NCBI GenBank assembly: GCA_963817385.1
Contig: CAWFOM010000016.1
Span: forward strand, 96,001 to 160,000
Source: an uncultured delta proteobacterium
GTDB lineage: Bacteria > Desulfobacterota > Syntrophia > Syntrophales > UBA5619
Direction of reading: 5' to 3'
Length of the DNA stretch: 64,000 bases
This document shows positions 21,011 to 30,763 of the stretch, piece after piece (positions within the stretch are counted from its first letter, which is position 1; each line of letters begins with the position of its first letter). Both the position numbers and the translations under genes were made by a program. The notes under the pieces were generated by a model. That model was not told the DNA's origin, searched no databases, and saw only the letters and a program-made list of their open reading frames with translations.

Positions 21011-21898
21011 TCAGATGTGGACCAGCCCGAGACGCGCCCGACACTCCTCAATGGCAGCCACCTGCCGCCCCTGATCGCGGACCATCCGGGCGGCCTTCTC
21101 CACCAGATCGCCGTTGCTCTTGGCCATCGCCCCGGACGAGACGTAGAAATTGTCCTCCAGCCCCACCCGGACGTTTCCGCCCAGGGCGATCGCCGCGGCC
21201 ACCATCCGCCACTGGTCGTCGCTGATCCCGATCACCTCCCAGTCGCTCTGCGGGGGAAGCAGGCGGGCCTGCTGGACGAGGGTTTCCACCGTCGGCGGGA
21301 TGCCGCCGAGGACCCCCATGATGAGGCTGTACTGATACGGCGGCGCGAGGAGTCCCATATCGATGAGGGGGAAGCTGTTGCCGATATGGCCCGAATCGAA
21401 GCACTCCATCTCCGGCTTGACCTTGCACTCCTTCATGGCCGAGACCAGGGCGATGATTTCGGCGAAGGGGTTGGGAAAGACAAAGTCGAAGACGAACTTC
21501 TTCTTCACCGGATTGTACTTGGCGTAGTTCATGGAACCCATGTTCAGGGCGGCGATGGCCGGTCTGATCGCCGTCACGGGGGCCATTTTCGTCTCCACGG
21601 GGATGCCGATGGCGCCGGTGGAAAAGTTGATGATGATCGGGCAGGCCGCCGTCACCGCGTCATAGATATTCCGGTAATCGGCCACCTCATACGAGGGGGT
21701 CCCGTCGGGCTTTCGCGCGTGGATGTGGACGACGGCGGCGCCGGCCTCGTAAGCCCTTTTCGCCTCGGCGGCGTATTCCTCCGGGGCGTAGGGGATCGCC
21801 GGGCACTGGGCGCGGTTGGCCACCACCCCGGAGAGGGCGCAGGTGATCATGCAGGGACGTTCGAAATTGAAGTTATCCTTGATCCATAGTGAACTCAT
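21011..21898 (-). CDS. Beta-keto acid cleavage enzyme (BKACE, DUF849/Kce family)
   Basis: ITCALSG, AGAAVVHIHAR, NFSTG, LNMGSMN, KPEMECFD, GGNVRVGLED. Confidence 0.92.
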   Translation of the reverse strand: MSSLWIKDNFNFERPCMITCALSGVVANRAQCPAIPYAPEEYAAEAKRAYEAGAAVVHIHARKPDGTPSYEVADYRNIYDAVTAACPIIINFSTGAIGIPVETKMAPVTAIRPAIAALNMGSMNYAKYNPVKKKFVFDFVFPNPFAEIIALVSAMKECKVKPEMECFDSGHIGNSFPLIDMGLLAPPYQYSLIMGVLGGIPPTVETLVQQARLLPPQSDWEVIGISDDQWRMVAAAIALGGNVRVGLEDNFYVSSGAMAKSNGDLVEKAARMVRDQGRQVAAIEECRARLGLVHI

Positions 21899-21916
21899 CG
21901 CTGTCTCCTTTCTGGT

Positions 21917-22690
21917 TCATCTCCCCTTGAAGAGCGGTTTTCTCTTTTCAAGAAAAGCGGCGATCCCCTCGGCGGCGTCCTCGGTGGCGGCGACCTTGCC
22001 CAACTCTTCGCAGAGGTGGTCCAGCGCCTCTTCGAAGGGGAGATCGGCCATCGTGTAAAAGGCCTTTTTCCCCATCGCGATCCCGAGCGGGCTCTTCTCC
22101 GCAAGGCCGCGGAGCGACTCCTCGACCGCCTCATCCAGTTTTTCCGGCGGAACCGCCCGGGTGATGAGACCGATCCGCTCCGCCTCCGGGGCGGGGATGC
22201 GCCTTCCCGTGAGAACCATCTCCATCGCCTTCTTCCGCCCCACGTGGCGGTAGATCAACGCCCCGATCATCATCGGGAAGATCCCGACGTTGACCTCGGG
22301 GGTGCTGAACCAGGCGTCTTCCCGGGCGATGACGATATCGCAGGAGAGCATGAACCCCATCCCGCCGGCCAGGCAGGGGCCGTTCACCCGGGCGACCAGG
22401 GGCTTGCCCATCCGGGCCATCCTTTTCAGGAGGAGGGCGTAATTGCGCGCCCCCGCCTCGACATCCCCGCCGCCGGAAAGGGCGGAGGCCAGGTCGGCCC
22501 CGCTGCAGAAGGCCTTTTCGCCCGCGCCGGTGAAGCAGAGGGCGCGAATCGCCGGGTCCGCCTCGGCCTCCTCCAGGCGGTTCATGATCTCCCCCATGAT
22601 CTCCTGGCTGATGGCGTTGCGCCGCGCCTCCCGGTTGATCGTCAGCCAGGCCGCCTCTCCCTTGATCTGGTAGAGAAGTTCAGACTCCAT
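21917..22690 (-). CDS. Enoyl-CoA hydratase/isomerase (methylglutaconyl-CoA hydratase-like position)
   Basis: FCSGADL, GPCLAGG, CDIVIA, PEVNVG, EGIAAFLEKRKPLFKGR. Confidence 0.9.
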   Translation of the reverse strand: MESELLYQIKGEAAWLTINREARRNAISQEIMGEIMNRLEEAEADPAIRALCFTGAGEKAFCSGADLASALSGGGDVEAGARNYALLLKRMARMGKPLVARVNGPCLAGGMGFMLSCDIVIAREDAWFSTPEVNVGIFPMMIGALIYRHVGRKKAMEMVLTGRRIPAPEAERIGLITRAVPPEKLDEAVEESLRGLAEKSPLGIAMGKKAFYTMADLPFEEALDHLCEELGKVAATEDAAEGIAAFLEKRKPLFKGR

Positions 22691-23208
22691 GGTGCTCCTC
22701 CTCAGCCGGTTCGATTTCCAGGAGGATCTCTCCCGGCATCACCTGGCCGCCGACGGCGGCATTGATCTTTTTCACCGCCCCTCGATACGGCGCGGTCAGG
22801 GTCATCTCCATCTTCATCGCCGAGAGGACAATCAGGGGCTGCCCCTTGTTGACCAGATCGCCCTCGGCCGCAAGGATGCGGATCACCGCCGCCGGCATGG
22901 GCGGCGTCATCTGCCGGGCTTGATCGTCCGGCCCGCCCCGCCGCCGGGGCCGCCGGTCGTCGGCGCCGGGCTCTTCGACCAGATAGGTCTCCCCGTCGAT
23001 GGCAATCCAGGTTTCACCCCCCCGTACAGCCAGACAGGCCCGGATCGGATGCCCGTCGACATCGAGGAGCCATTCGTTGTCGTTGATCGGGACCCACCGG
23101 AGGCGGTATTCCCGTGCCGTCGATGCAGGCCGTGTGACCCTCGCCGGAAGGGAGGGGGGCGATGGTCAGGGATTTTTGTTCCTTGTTGACGAGTAACGGG
23201 AATTCCAT
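22680..23208 (-). CDS. Biotin carboxyl carrier protein (+1 frameshift near 23113)
   Basis: AMKM biotinylation motif and TPPMPA; own RBS GAGGAG and ATG at 23208 (MEFPLLVN); central part (REYRLRW...WIAIDGETY) in the shifted frame. Confidence 0.82.
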
Positions 23209-23237
23209 CTTTTCCTCCTCACTTTCGGCTCGAGGTC

Positions 23238-24729
23238 TTACAATGACCAGCCGCCCAGGGTCTCCCAGGGGGACGGGAATGGGTCCCGTTCCCTCCCCGT
23301 TCCGGTCGGGACGGCTTTGCTGGGGGGAGAGCCGGGAGGCCGCGTAGGCCAGGCAGGCAAGATCCGCCCGGCTCAGGGAGGGTTTCCAGCCGGCGAAATG
23401 CTCATCGATCAGACGGGTATGGGTTTCCCCCCTGCGGAACGGGTCCGATCGGATCACCTCCCGGAGAAAATCGACCGGGGTCCTGATCCCCAAGACAACA
23501 TATTCGCTCAGGGCGCGGACCATCCTCTCGATCGCCCCCGGCCGGTCCCCGGCGTGGACGATCAGTTTGCTCAGGATCGGGTCATAGGCCGTGGGGACCG
23601 TAAAGCCGCTGTAAATCCCCGAGTCGACGCGGATCCCCGGTCCGGCCGGCTCCCTGAGGCAGAGGATCTCCCCCGGCGAGGGGATGAAGCCTTGTTCGGG
23701 ATCTTCGGCGTAGATGCGGCACTCGATGGCGTGGCCCCGCGGCCGGATCTCCTCCTGCCGGCAGGAGAGTGGCTCTCCGGCGGCGATCCGGATCTGTTCC
23801 CGGACCAGGTCGATGCCGGTGACCATCTCGGTGACGGGATGTTCCACCTGCAGGCGGGTGTTCACCTCCAGAAAATAGAACCGGCCTTGGGCGTCCAGGA
23901 GAAATTCCACGGTGCCCGCGTTGACGTAGCCGGCCGCCCGGGCGGCGTTGAGAGCCGCCTCTCCCATCGCCTTGCGGAGCGCCCGGCTCAGGGCGGGCGA
24001 GGGGGACTCTTCGATGATCTTCTGGTGGCGGCGCTGGAGCGAGCATTCCCGCTCGCCGAGATGCACGATGTGGCCGTGGGCGTCGGCCAGGATCTGTATC
24101 TCCACGTGACGCGGCCTTTCCAGGTATTTTTCCAGGTAGACGGCACCGTTGCCGAAGGCGTTTTTCGCCTCGCTGGTCGCCTCGTCGAAGGCCTCCTTCA
24201 GCTTCTCCGGGTCTGAGACGACCCGCATCCCCTTGCCTCCCCCCCCGGCGGCGGCCTTCAGGAGGACCGGGTACCCGATCTCCCGGGCCTGTCCGGCGAG
24301 GTCGGTCAGATTCTCTTCCGGTTCCGTCATCCCGGGGATCACCGGTACAGCCCCCTGGAGCATCAGGCGCCGGGCGGTGGTTTTATCGCCCAGGGAGCGG
24401 ATCACCGCGGCGGGGGGGCCGATGAACCGGAGCCCTTCTGCTTCGCACCTCTCGGCAAAAGCGCCGTTTTCCGCCAGGAAGCCGTAACCGGGATGGATCG
24501 CCTCGGCGCCGCTCTGCCGGGCGGCGGCGATGATCTTTTCGATGTTCAGGTAGCTCTCCCGCGGTTCCGAAGCGCCGATGAATATCGCCTCGTCGGCGGT
24601 TTGCACATGGAGGGCGCTCCGGTCCGCCTCCGAATGGACGGCTACGGTGGCGATCCCCATCTCCTTGCAGGTCCTCATGATCCTGACGGCGATCTCGCCT
24701 CTGTTGGCGATCAGTATCTTCCTGAACAT
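23238..24729 (-). CDS. Biotin carboxylase subunit of an acyl-CoA carboxylase (+1 frameshift near 23285)
   Basis: KILIANRGEIA, HPGYGFLAEN, GGGGKGMR, RECSLQRRHQK, EVNTRLQVEHPVTE; likely true C-terminus SPWETLGGWSL* in the shifted frame. Confidence 0.92.
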
Positions 24730-24739
24730 GATCTCTCCC

Positions 24740-26358
24740 CTACATGCGGAACAGCCCGTGACCCTGGGGGCCGCTGTGAATGGGGCCGTTGAGCGAGGCC
24801 GAGATGGCCAGCCCCAGGACGTCCCTCGTCTTGGCCGGATCGAGTATCCCGTCGTCCCAGAGGTTGGCCGTGGAGTAGTAGGCGTTGCCCTCCTTCTCCG
24901 CCATGGCGACGATCGGCTCCTTGATCGCCTTGACCATCTCTTCGGCGAGGGGGGGCTGCCCCTCCCGGGCGAGCTGGTCGTTTTTCACGGAGATGAGCAC
25001 GTTGGCCGCCTGTTCGCCCCCCATGACGCCGATCTGGGCGTTGGGCCACATCCAGAGGAAGCGCGGCGAGTAGCCCCGGCCGCACATCCCGTAGTTGCCG
25101 GCGCCGAAGGAGGCCCCGACGATCACGGTAAACTTGGGGACCGTGGCGGTGGCCACGGCGTTGACCATTTTGTGGCCGTCCTTGGTGATCCCTCCCCGTT
25201 CATACTCCCGGCCGATGATGTAGCCGGTGATGTTCTGGAGGAAGATGAGCGGGATGCCGCGTTTGTCGCAGATCTCGATGAATTGCGTCGCCTTCAGGGC
25301 GCTGTTGGAAAAGAGGACCCCGTAATTGCCGAGGATCCCCACCGGGTAGCCGTGGATATAGGCCCAGCCGCAGACGAGGGTGGGCCCATAGAGCGCCTTG
25401 AATTCCAGAAATTCGCTGCCGTCGACGATCCGGGCGATCACTTCGCGGATGTCGTAGAGGGTGCTCAGGCTGCGGGGGACGATCCCGTAGAGTTCCCTCG
25501 GATCGTAGAGCGGGGGGCGGGGGGAGCGGGTGGTGAGCGTGGGATTTGCCCGGATCGGGGAGCCCCTGGACGATGTCCCTGATGATCTGGATGGCGTGGG
25601 CGTCGTCTTCGGCCCAGTAGTCGGAAACGCCGCTGTCGCGGCAGTGGAGATCGGCGCCCCCCAATTCGTCCGCCGTCACCACCTCGCCCGTGGCGGCCCG
25701 CACCAGGGGAGGACCGCCGAGAAAGATCGCCCCGGTCCCCTTTACATGGACCACCTCGTCGCTCATCGCCGGGATGTAGGCGGCCCCGGCCGTGCAGAGG
25801 CCCATCACCGCGGTGATCTGCGGGATCCCCATCTTGCTGATGATTGCCTGGTTGTAAAAGATACGACCCCCGTCGTCCGAATCCGGAAACACCTCGGACT
25901 GCAAGGGCAGATACGCCCCGCCGGAATCGACCAGGCTGATCAGGGGCAGGCGGTTTTCCATGGCGATCGTCTGGCATCTGAGGGCTTTTTTCACCCCCAT
26001 CGGATAGATGGTGCCCCCCTTGATGGTGGGGTCATTGGCCGTGACCAGCACTTCCCGGCCATGGATGACGCCGATGACGACCACGCTCCCCGCCCCGTGA
26101 ACCCCTTTGTCGTACATGTCGTATGCGGCGAGCGGTGCGATCTCCAGGACAGGGGTGTTTTTGTCCAGGAGCAGCTCCAGCCTCTTGCGCACGGAAAGTT
26201 TGTTCTGTTCGGCCAGGCGGCCCAGGGCCTTCTCCGATCTCACCTCCCGGGCGATCCGGAGCTCCTCGTTGAGACGGGCGACCATCGCCTCCATACGGCC
26301 GATAGTTTTCCAGATACTGGGGATCTTTCTTGTCCACTTTCGTTTCGATGACGTCCAT
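24740..26358 (-). CDS. Carboxyltransferase subunit, methylcrotonyl/geranyl-CoA carboxylase beta-like (two +1 frameshifts near 26296 and 25541)
   Basis: [58 protein letters not shown]; split over three ORFs. Confidence 0.9.
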
Positions 26359-26384
26359 AGGTCGCCTTTCCCTGAAAAGAATCT

Positions 26385-26978
26385 CTATCCCGTCGCCGCC
26401 CCGTGGAGAAACACCCGGATGATCCCATCGCTGATCCGTTTTTCCCTCGCAGGGGTCAGCGTCTCTTCTCCGAGGATCATGACGGACAGAAAGGTGTCGA
26501 TGGCGCCGAGAAAGACGTACGTGAGGTAACGGGCCTGGATGTCGCTGCAGAGAAAGCCGTTCGTCTGTCCTTCCTTGATGATCTCCTGGCAGAGGGCAAA
26601 AAGTCCGTTGAATTTGTCCCGGCCCTTGCTGTGGGCATGATAGACAAATCCCCGGGAAACTTCGGTTACGAAGAGGGTGATCTGATTCGGCTCGTTTGCA
26701 TAGACGCTGAGGAGGTAGCGGATGATCCCGATGAGCTTTTCATCGGTGGGCATGAGGCTCTTCTTCAACACCTCCAGCTTGCTGTAGAAACCCGTCCACC
26801 ACTTCTCTACGATGGCGTCAAAGAGCTTTTCCTTGTTTTCAAAATAATGGTAGACCAGCCCGTAGGACATCTCCGCCTCCCGGGCGATGTCCGCCATGCG
26901 GGTGTCGGCGTACCCTTTCCTGCTGAAGACCTTCAGCGCGGCGTTGACGATGATCCGTTCACGGTCCGGTTTATCCAT
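26385..26978 (-). CDS. TetR/AcrR family transcriptional regulator
   Basis: IIVNAALKVFSRKGYADTRMADIAREAEMSYGLVYHYFENKEKLF helix-turn-helix. Confidence 0.93.
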   Translation of the reverse strand: MDKPDRERIIVNAALKVFSRKGYADTRMADIAREAEMSYGLVYHYFENKEKLFDAIVEKWWTGFYSKLEVLKKSLMPTDEKLIGIIRYLLSVYANEPNQITLFVTEVSRGFVYHAHSKGRDKFNGLFALCQEIIKEGQTNGFLCSDIQARYLTYVFLGAIDTFLSVMILGEETLTPAREKRISDGIIRVFLHGAATG

Positions 26979-26991
26979 AATTACCCCGTAA

Positions 26992-27023
26992 CAGATATTG
27001 ATTGACATGTCAATCAATATCTG
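26992..27023. promoter_or_regulatory. Perfect 32-bp palindrome, probable TetR operator
   Basis: CAGATATTGATTGACA|TGTCAATCAATATCTG, 13 bp upstream of the tetR ATG in the divergent intergenic region. Confidence 0.8.
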
Positions 27024-27039
27024 CCCGTATAAAATCACC

Positions 27040-27068
27040 TTGACATGCAGGACCACTTTTCTTATCCT
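27040..27068 (+). promoter_or_regulatory. Sigma70-type promoter for the CaiB/hydratase genes
   Basis: TTGACA-N17-TATCCT. Confidence 0.55.
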
Positions 27069-27178
27069 TAAACACACACAAAAGCAATTCTCAGAAAATC
27101 TCCAATGTGCCCCTACCGAAAACACCTTGTCGCGCCACTCGGTAACTCGGGAAAATGGGTTGAAATGAGGAGAAGGAA

Positions 27179-28360
27179 ATGGCTGGACCGTTGAAGGGGT
27201 TGAAGATCCTCGATTTCACGACTCTCCTGCCGGGACCGTACGCGACGATGATGCTCGCGGATATGGGAGCGGACGTGCTTCGGGTTGTCTCCGGCTCCCG
27301 TCCCGACCTCGCAGACTTCATGCCCCCCTGCATCGCCGGCACGAACCTTTCCTGCGCGACGGCCACCCTCGGGCGGGGGAAGCGCTGCCTGACGCTGAAC
27401 CTGAAAGACCCGCGGGCCATCAAAATTGTCCTGAGCCTGATCGCGAGCCATGGCATCCTGATCGAGCAGTTCCGTCCCGGCGTCATGGCAAAGTTCGGTC
27501 TCGACTACACAACGCTAAAGGCGGCAAACCCCTCCCTCATCTACTGCTCCCTTACCGGTTACGGCCAAACGGGTCCCCTGAAGAACAGGGCGGGCCACGA
27601 CATCAACTATCTCGCCCGTTCGGGGATTATGGCCTACTCCGGACGAAAGACTGCCGGCCCCTCTCTCACAGGTATGCAGATTGCCGACATCGCTTCGGGA
27701 TCCAATAATACCGTTATCGGCATCCTGGCCGCCGTGGTACACCGGCAGATAACCGGTGAGGGACAGCACATCGACGTCTCCATGACCGACGGCGTCGTCG
27801 CCTTCAACGCCGTCGCCGGCGCCGCGTATCTCGTGGACAAAACGGAAGCACGCCGCGAGGAAGGGGTTCTGAACGGCGGCTCGCTCTATGACTTTTATGA
27901 GACGAAAGACGAAGATTACCTGAGCTTCGGCGGTCTCGAACCCCAGTTCTTCGCCGCCTTTTGCGAGACCATCGGCCGCCCCGACCTGATCCCCGGCGGG
28001 ATCGTCCCCCCGGATCTTCCCCGCGTCAAGGAGGAAGTCCGCGCGATCATGAGGACGAAGACACGGGACGAATGGATGCTCCTGTTTGGGAAGGTCGACG
28101 CCTGCGTGGAGCCGGTCCTTGCGCTCGGAGAGGCCCTCAGCGACCCTCACGTCGCGGCGCGGGAACTCATCGTGGAGGTGAACCTGCCCGGGGGCGGCAC
28201 GGTGAAGCAGCTTGGCCACCCGATCCGGTATTCGTCGACGCCGCCCGAATACCGGTCGGTCGGGGTTCCGGCAGGGACGCATACGCGGGAGGTCCTCCGC
28301 GAACTCGGTTACGCCAAGAGCGAGATCGATGAATTTGAAAAGACGGGCCTGTTCACCTGA
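27179..28360 (+). CDS. CaiB/BaiF family III CoA-transferase, alpha-methylacyl-CoA racemase-like
   Basis: GPLKGLKILDF, LPGPYATMMLADMGADV, EQFRPGVM, GYGQTGP, AGHDINY (racemase-type His motif), ADIASG. Confidence 0.9.
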   Translation: MAGPLKGLKILDFTTLLPGPYATMMLADMGADVLRVVSGSRPDLADFMPPCIAGTNLSCATATLGRGKRCLTLNLKDPRAIKIVLSLIASHGILIEQFRPGVMAKFGLDYTTLKAANPSLIYCSLTGYGQTGPLKNRAGHDINYLARSGIMAYSGRKTAGPSLTGMQIADIASGSNNTVIGILAAVVHRQITGEGQHIDVSMTDGVVAFNAVAGAAYLVDKTEARREEGVLNGGSLYDFYETKDEDYLSFGGLEPQFFAAFCETIGRPDLIPGGIVPPDLPRVKEEVRAIMRTKTRDEWMLLFGKVDACVEPVLALGEALSDPHVAARELIVEVNLPGGGTVKQLGHPIRYSSTPPEYRSVGVPAGTHTREVLRELGYAKSEIDEFEKTGLFT

Positions 28361-28433
28361 CGGCCCCTCCACCGTCAGATGAACAGGAAAGAGCACAAGT
28401 GACGCTGACAGGATTACACGACAACTGCGGGGG

Positions 28434-29240
28434 ATGATTATGGACAGCAGCTTCAAAATCGAAAAGGAAGGGAACGTGGCCTGGCTGATCCTGAACCGGC
28501 CGGAGAAGCGAAATTCCATGACCTGGGAGTTCTTCGCGGAACTTGCTGAGTCCATGCAGGCCTTCGACGACGACCCGGAGATCCGGGCGGTCGTCATCAG
28601 TGCGGCGGGGAAGATGTTCACCGCCGGCCTCGATCTTGTCGCCGCGGGATCCCTCATGGGTGACGGCTCGGCCACTTATCGGGAGGGGCTGCGGCGGAAG
28701 GTCCTCGATTTGCAGGAGACGATCAGCGCCATCGAACGCTGCCGCAAGCCCGTCATCGCGGCGGCGCACGGTTGGTGCATCGGAGCGGGAGTGGATCTGC
28801 TCTGCGCCTGCGACATCCGGCTGGCCGCCAGGGACGCGCTCTTCTCCATCCGGGAGACACGGATCGGGATCATCGCCGATCTCGGCACGCTGCAGCGACT
28901 CCCCCACATCATCGGCCACGGCTGGACGAACGAACTGGCGCTAACGGGCCGGGACTTCACTGCGGAGGAGGCGCTGAAGATGGGGTTCATCACCCGCCTC
29001 TGCGATGACCGGGAGGCGCTCACCCGGGAGGCAAAGACCCTTGCGGACGAGATCGCCGGACTCCCGCCGCTTGCCGTCCAGGGGACAAAAGAGGTGCTCC
29101 TCCACGGACGCGACCATGGCGTCCGGGCGGGGCTTGACTCCATCGCCCAGAAGAACGCCGCTCTCATCCCCAACGAGGATATGATGGAGGCCGTCGCGGC
29201 CTTCCTCGAGAAGCGGCAGCCGACGTTCAAAGGGCGGTAG
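28434..29240 (+). CDS. Crotonase-family enzyme, delta3,5-delta2,4-dienoyl-CoA isomerase-like
   Basis: FTAGLDL, HGWCIGAGVDLLCACDIR, RETRIGIIADLGTLQRLP. Confidence 0.85.
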   Translation: MIMDSSFKIEKEGNVAWLILNRPEKRNSMTWEFFAELAESMQAFDDDPEIRAVVISAAGKMFTAGLDLVAAGSLMGDGSATYREGLRRKVLDLQETISAIERCRKPVIAAAHGWCIGAGVDLLCACDIRLAARDALFSIRETRIGIIADLGTLQRLPHIIGHGWTNELALTGRDFTAEEALKMGFITRLCDDREALTREAKTLADEIAGLPPLAVQGTKEVLLHGRDHGVRAGLDSIAQKNAALIPNEDMMEAVAAFLEKRQPTFKGR

Positions 29241-29384
29241 ATGGACAGCGGTACAGAAGCCACGGTTTTTTCCTATAATCGATAAATAATTGACCAATGG
29301 CTTGTTATCGTTCAGAATGAAACTGAGACAGGGACAACCCTCAGCCCTTCACAGGACTGAGGTAAGATGAAAAAAGGAGGCGTC

Positions 29385-30710
29385 ATGGCGTCATCGAAAG
29401 TCTGGTACATGGATGCCCGGGCGAGGCGTTTTCTTGAATCGACGGCCATCAAGGGCCGCCAGATCATCGAGCGTTCCGGCTGGCTGGACAATCTCCAGCG
29501 GGGCGACATCGTGGCTCTGAAGACCCACATGGGCGAGGCCTACAACGTGGGCTATCTGCGGCCCGTGATCATCAGCACCCTGGTCGATCTCCTGAAGGAA
29601 CGGGGGCTCCGTCCCTTCGTCACCGACACGACGACCATGCCCTACCACCCCTGGATCAGCCGGACCCTGGCCATGGATCACCTGGAGACCGCCAACAAAA
29701 ACGGCTTCAACCAGGGCACCGTCGGCTGCCCGATCGTCATGGCGGACGGCTGGCTCGGGACCGATGACGTGATCGTCGACCTCAAGGGGCGGGGAAACTA
29801 CCTGAAGAAGCAGTTCGTGGCCCGCGCGATCGCCGATGCCGATGCGCTCCTGTCGGTGGCGCATTTCAAGGGGCACCCGGCCGGCGGATACGGGGGATCG
29901 CTCAAGAACATCGGCGTCGGCGGGGCAAGCAAGCGGGGCAAGATGAATCTGCACGGCGCCCTGGCCGGCGACAAGCCCGTGATCGACGCCAAACTCTGCC
30001 CGGGACGCAGCTGCGAATGGTGGCAGGTCTGCGAGGACTGCTGCCCCGAGGGATCAATTAAGGTGACGGACAAGGGGCTGGAAGTGGACCTGGAGAGTTG
30101 CGTCTACTGCTTCGCGTGCGCCAATCTCTGCGTTAACATGGCGGGAGTCAAGAGCATCCAGCGTTTCGACCATCTGCCCACCCTCGGGCGCCGCATCGCC
30201 GATTCAGCGCTCGCCGCCATGATGACGAAGGAGGAGGGGAAAGCCTTCTTCCTCAATTTCGCCATGGACATCAGCCCCAGTTGCGACTGCTACGGCTGGA
30301 CCGACACCCCCATCGTCAACGGCCTCGGAATCCTCGCCTCCTACGATCCGGTGGCCGTCGACAAGGCCTGCATCGACATGATGAATGCCGCTCCGGGCCT
30401 CCTCAATTCCGAGGCGGAGGAGTTCGGGGCCCTGGCCTGTGGCGCGAAGAAACTCAACGTCATCAAGGGAAAAGACGTCGAGGCGCAGATCCATGGCGGT
30501 GTGGCCAACGGCTTGGGCTCGGCCGACTACGCAATCGAGAAGGTTCCTCTGGACCGAAGCCAGGCGGCGATCAGCACCTTCTACCCCGAGGTGCGGGCCC
30601 GGAAACTCAAGGCGATGTATGCAAAAAACCACCCCCTCAAGGGCCTGGATACGGCCTCGTTCGGACGGCCGACCGAGGGAGTGGCGGACCCGCGGCATCC
30701 GAAAAAGTAG
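29385..30710 (+). CDS. DUF362 domain Fe-S protein
   Basis: VALKTHMGE, VAHFKGH...GGSLKNIGVG, ferredoxin-like Cys clusters, PSCDC, GILASYDPVAVDKAC. Confidence 0.88.
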   Translation: MASSKVWYMDARARRFLESTAIKGRQIIERSGWLDNLQRGDIVALKTHMGEAYNVGYLRPVIISTLVDLLKERGLRPFVTDTTTMPYHPWISRTLAMDHLETANKNGFNQGTVGCPIVMADGWLGTDDVIVDLKGRGNYLKKQFVARAIADADALLSVAHFKGHPAGGYGGSLKNIGVGGASKRGKMNLHGALAGDKPVIDAKLCPGRSCEWWQVCEDCCPEGSIKVTDKGLEVDLESCVYCFACANLCVNMAGVKSIQRFDHLPTLGRRIADSALAAMMTKEEGKAFFLNFAMDISPSCDCYGWTDTPIVNGLGILASYDPVAVDKACIDMMNAAPGLLNSEAEEFGALACGAKKLNVIKGKDVEAQIHGGVANGLGSADYAIEKVPLDRSQAAISTFYPEVRARKLKAMYAKNHPLKGLDTASFGRPTEGVADPRHPKK

Positions 30711-30763
30711 CAGGGATCTGATGTCCGTTTTCACGCGAGACTGATGAAAAAAGGAGAATATCT

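Noticed and set aside
23014..24729. Apparent 571-aa biotin carboxylase fused to the BCCP N-terminus
   Set aside because: Produced by a +1 frameshift; a natural-looking stop (23238) and a separate RBS and ATG (23208) exist
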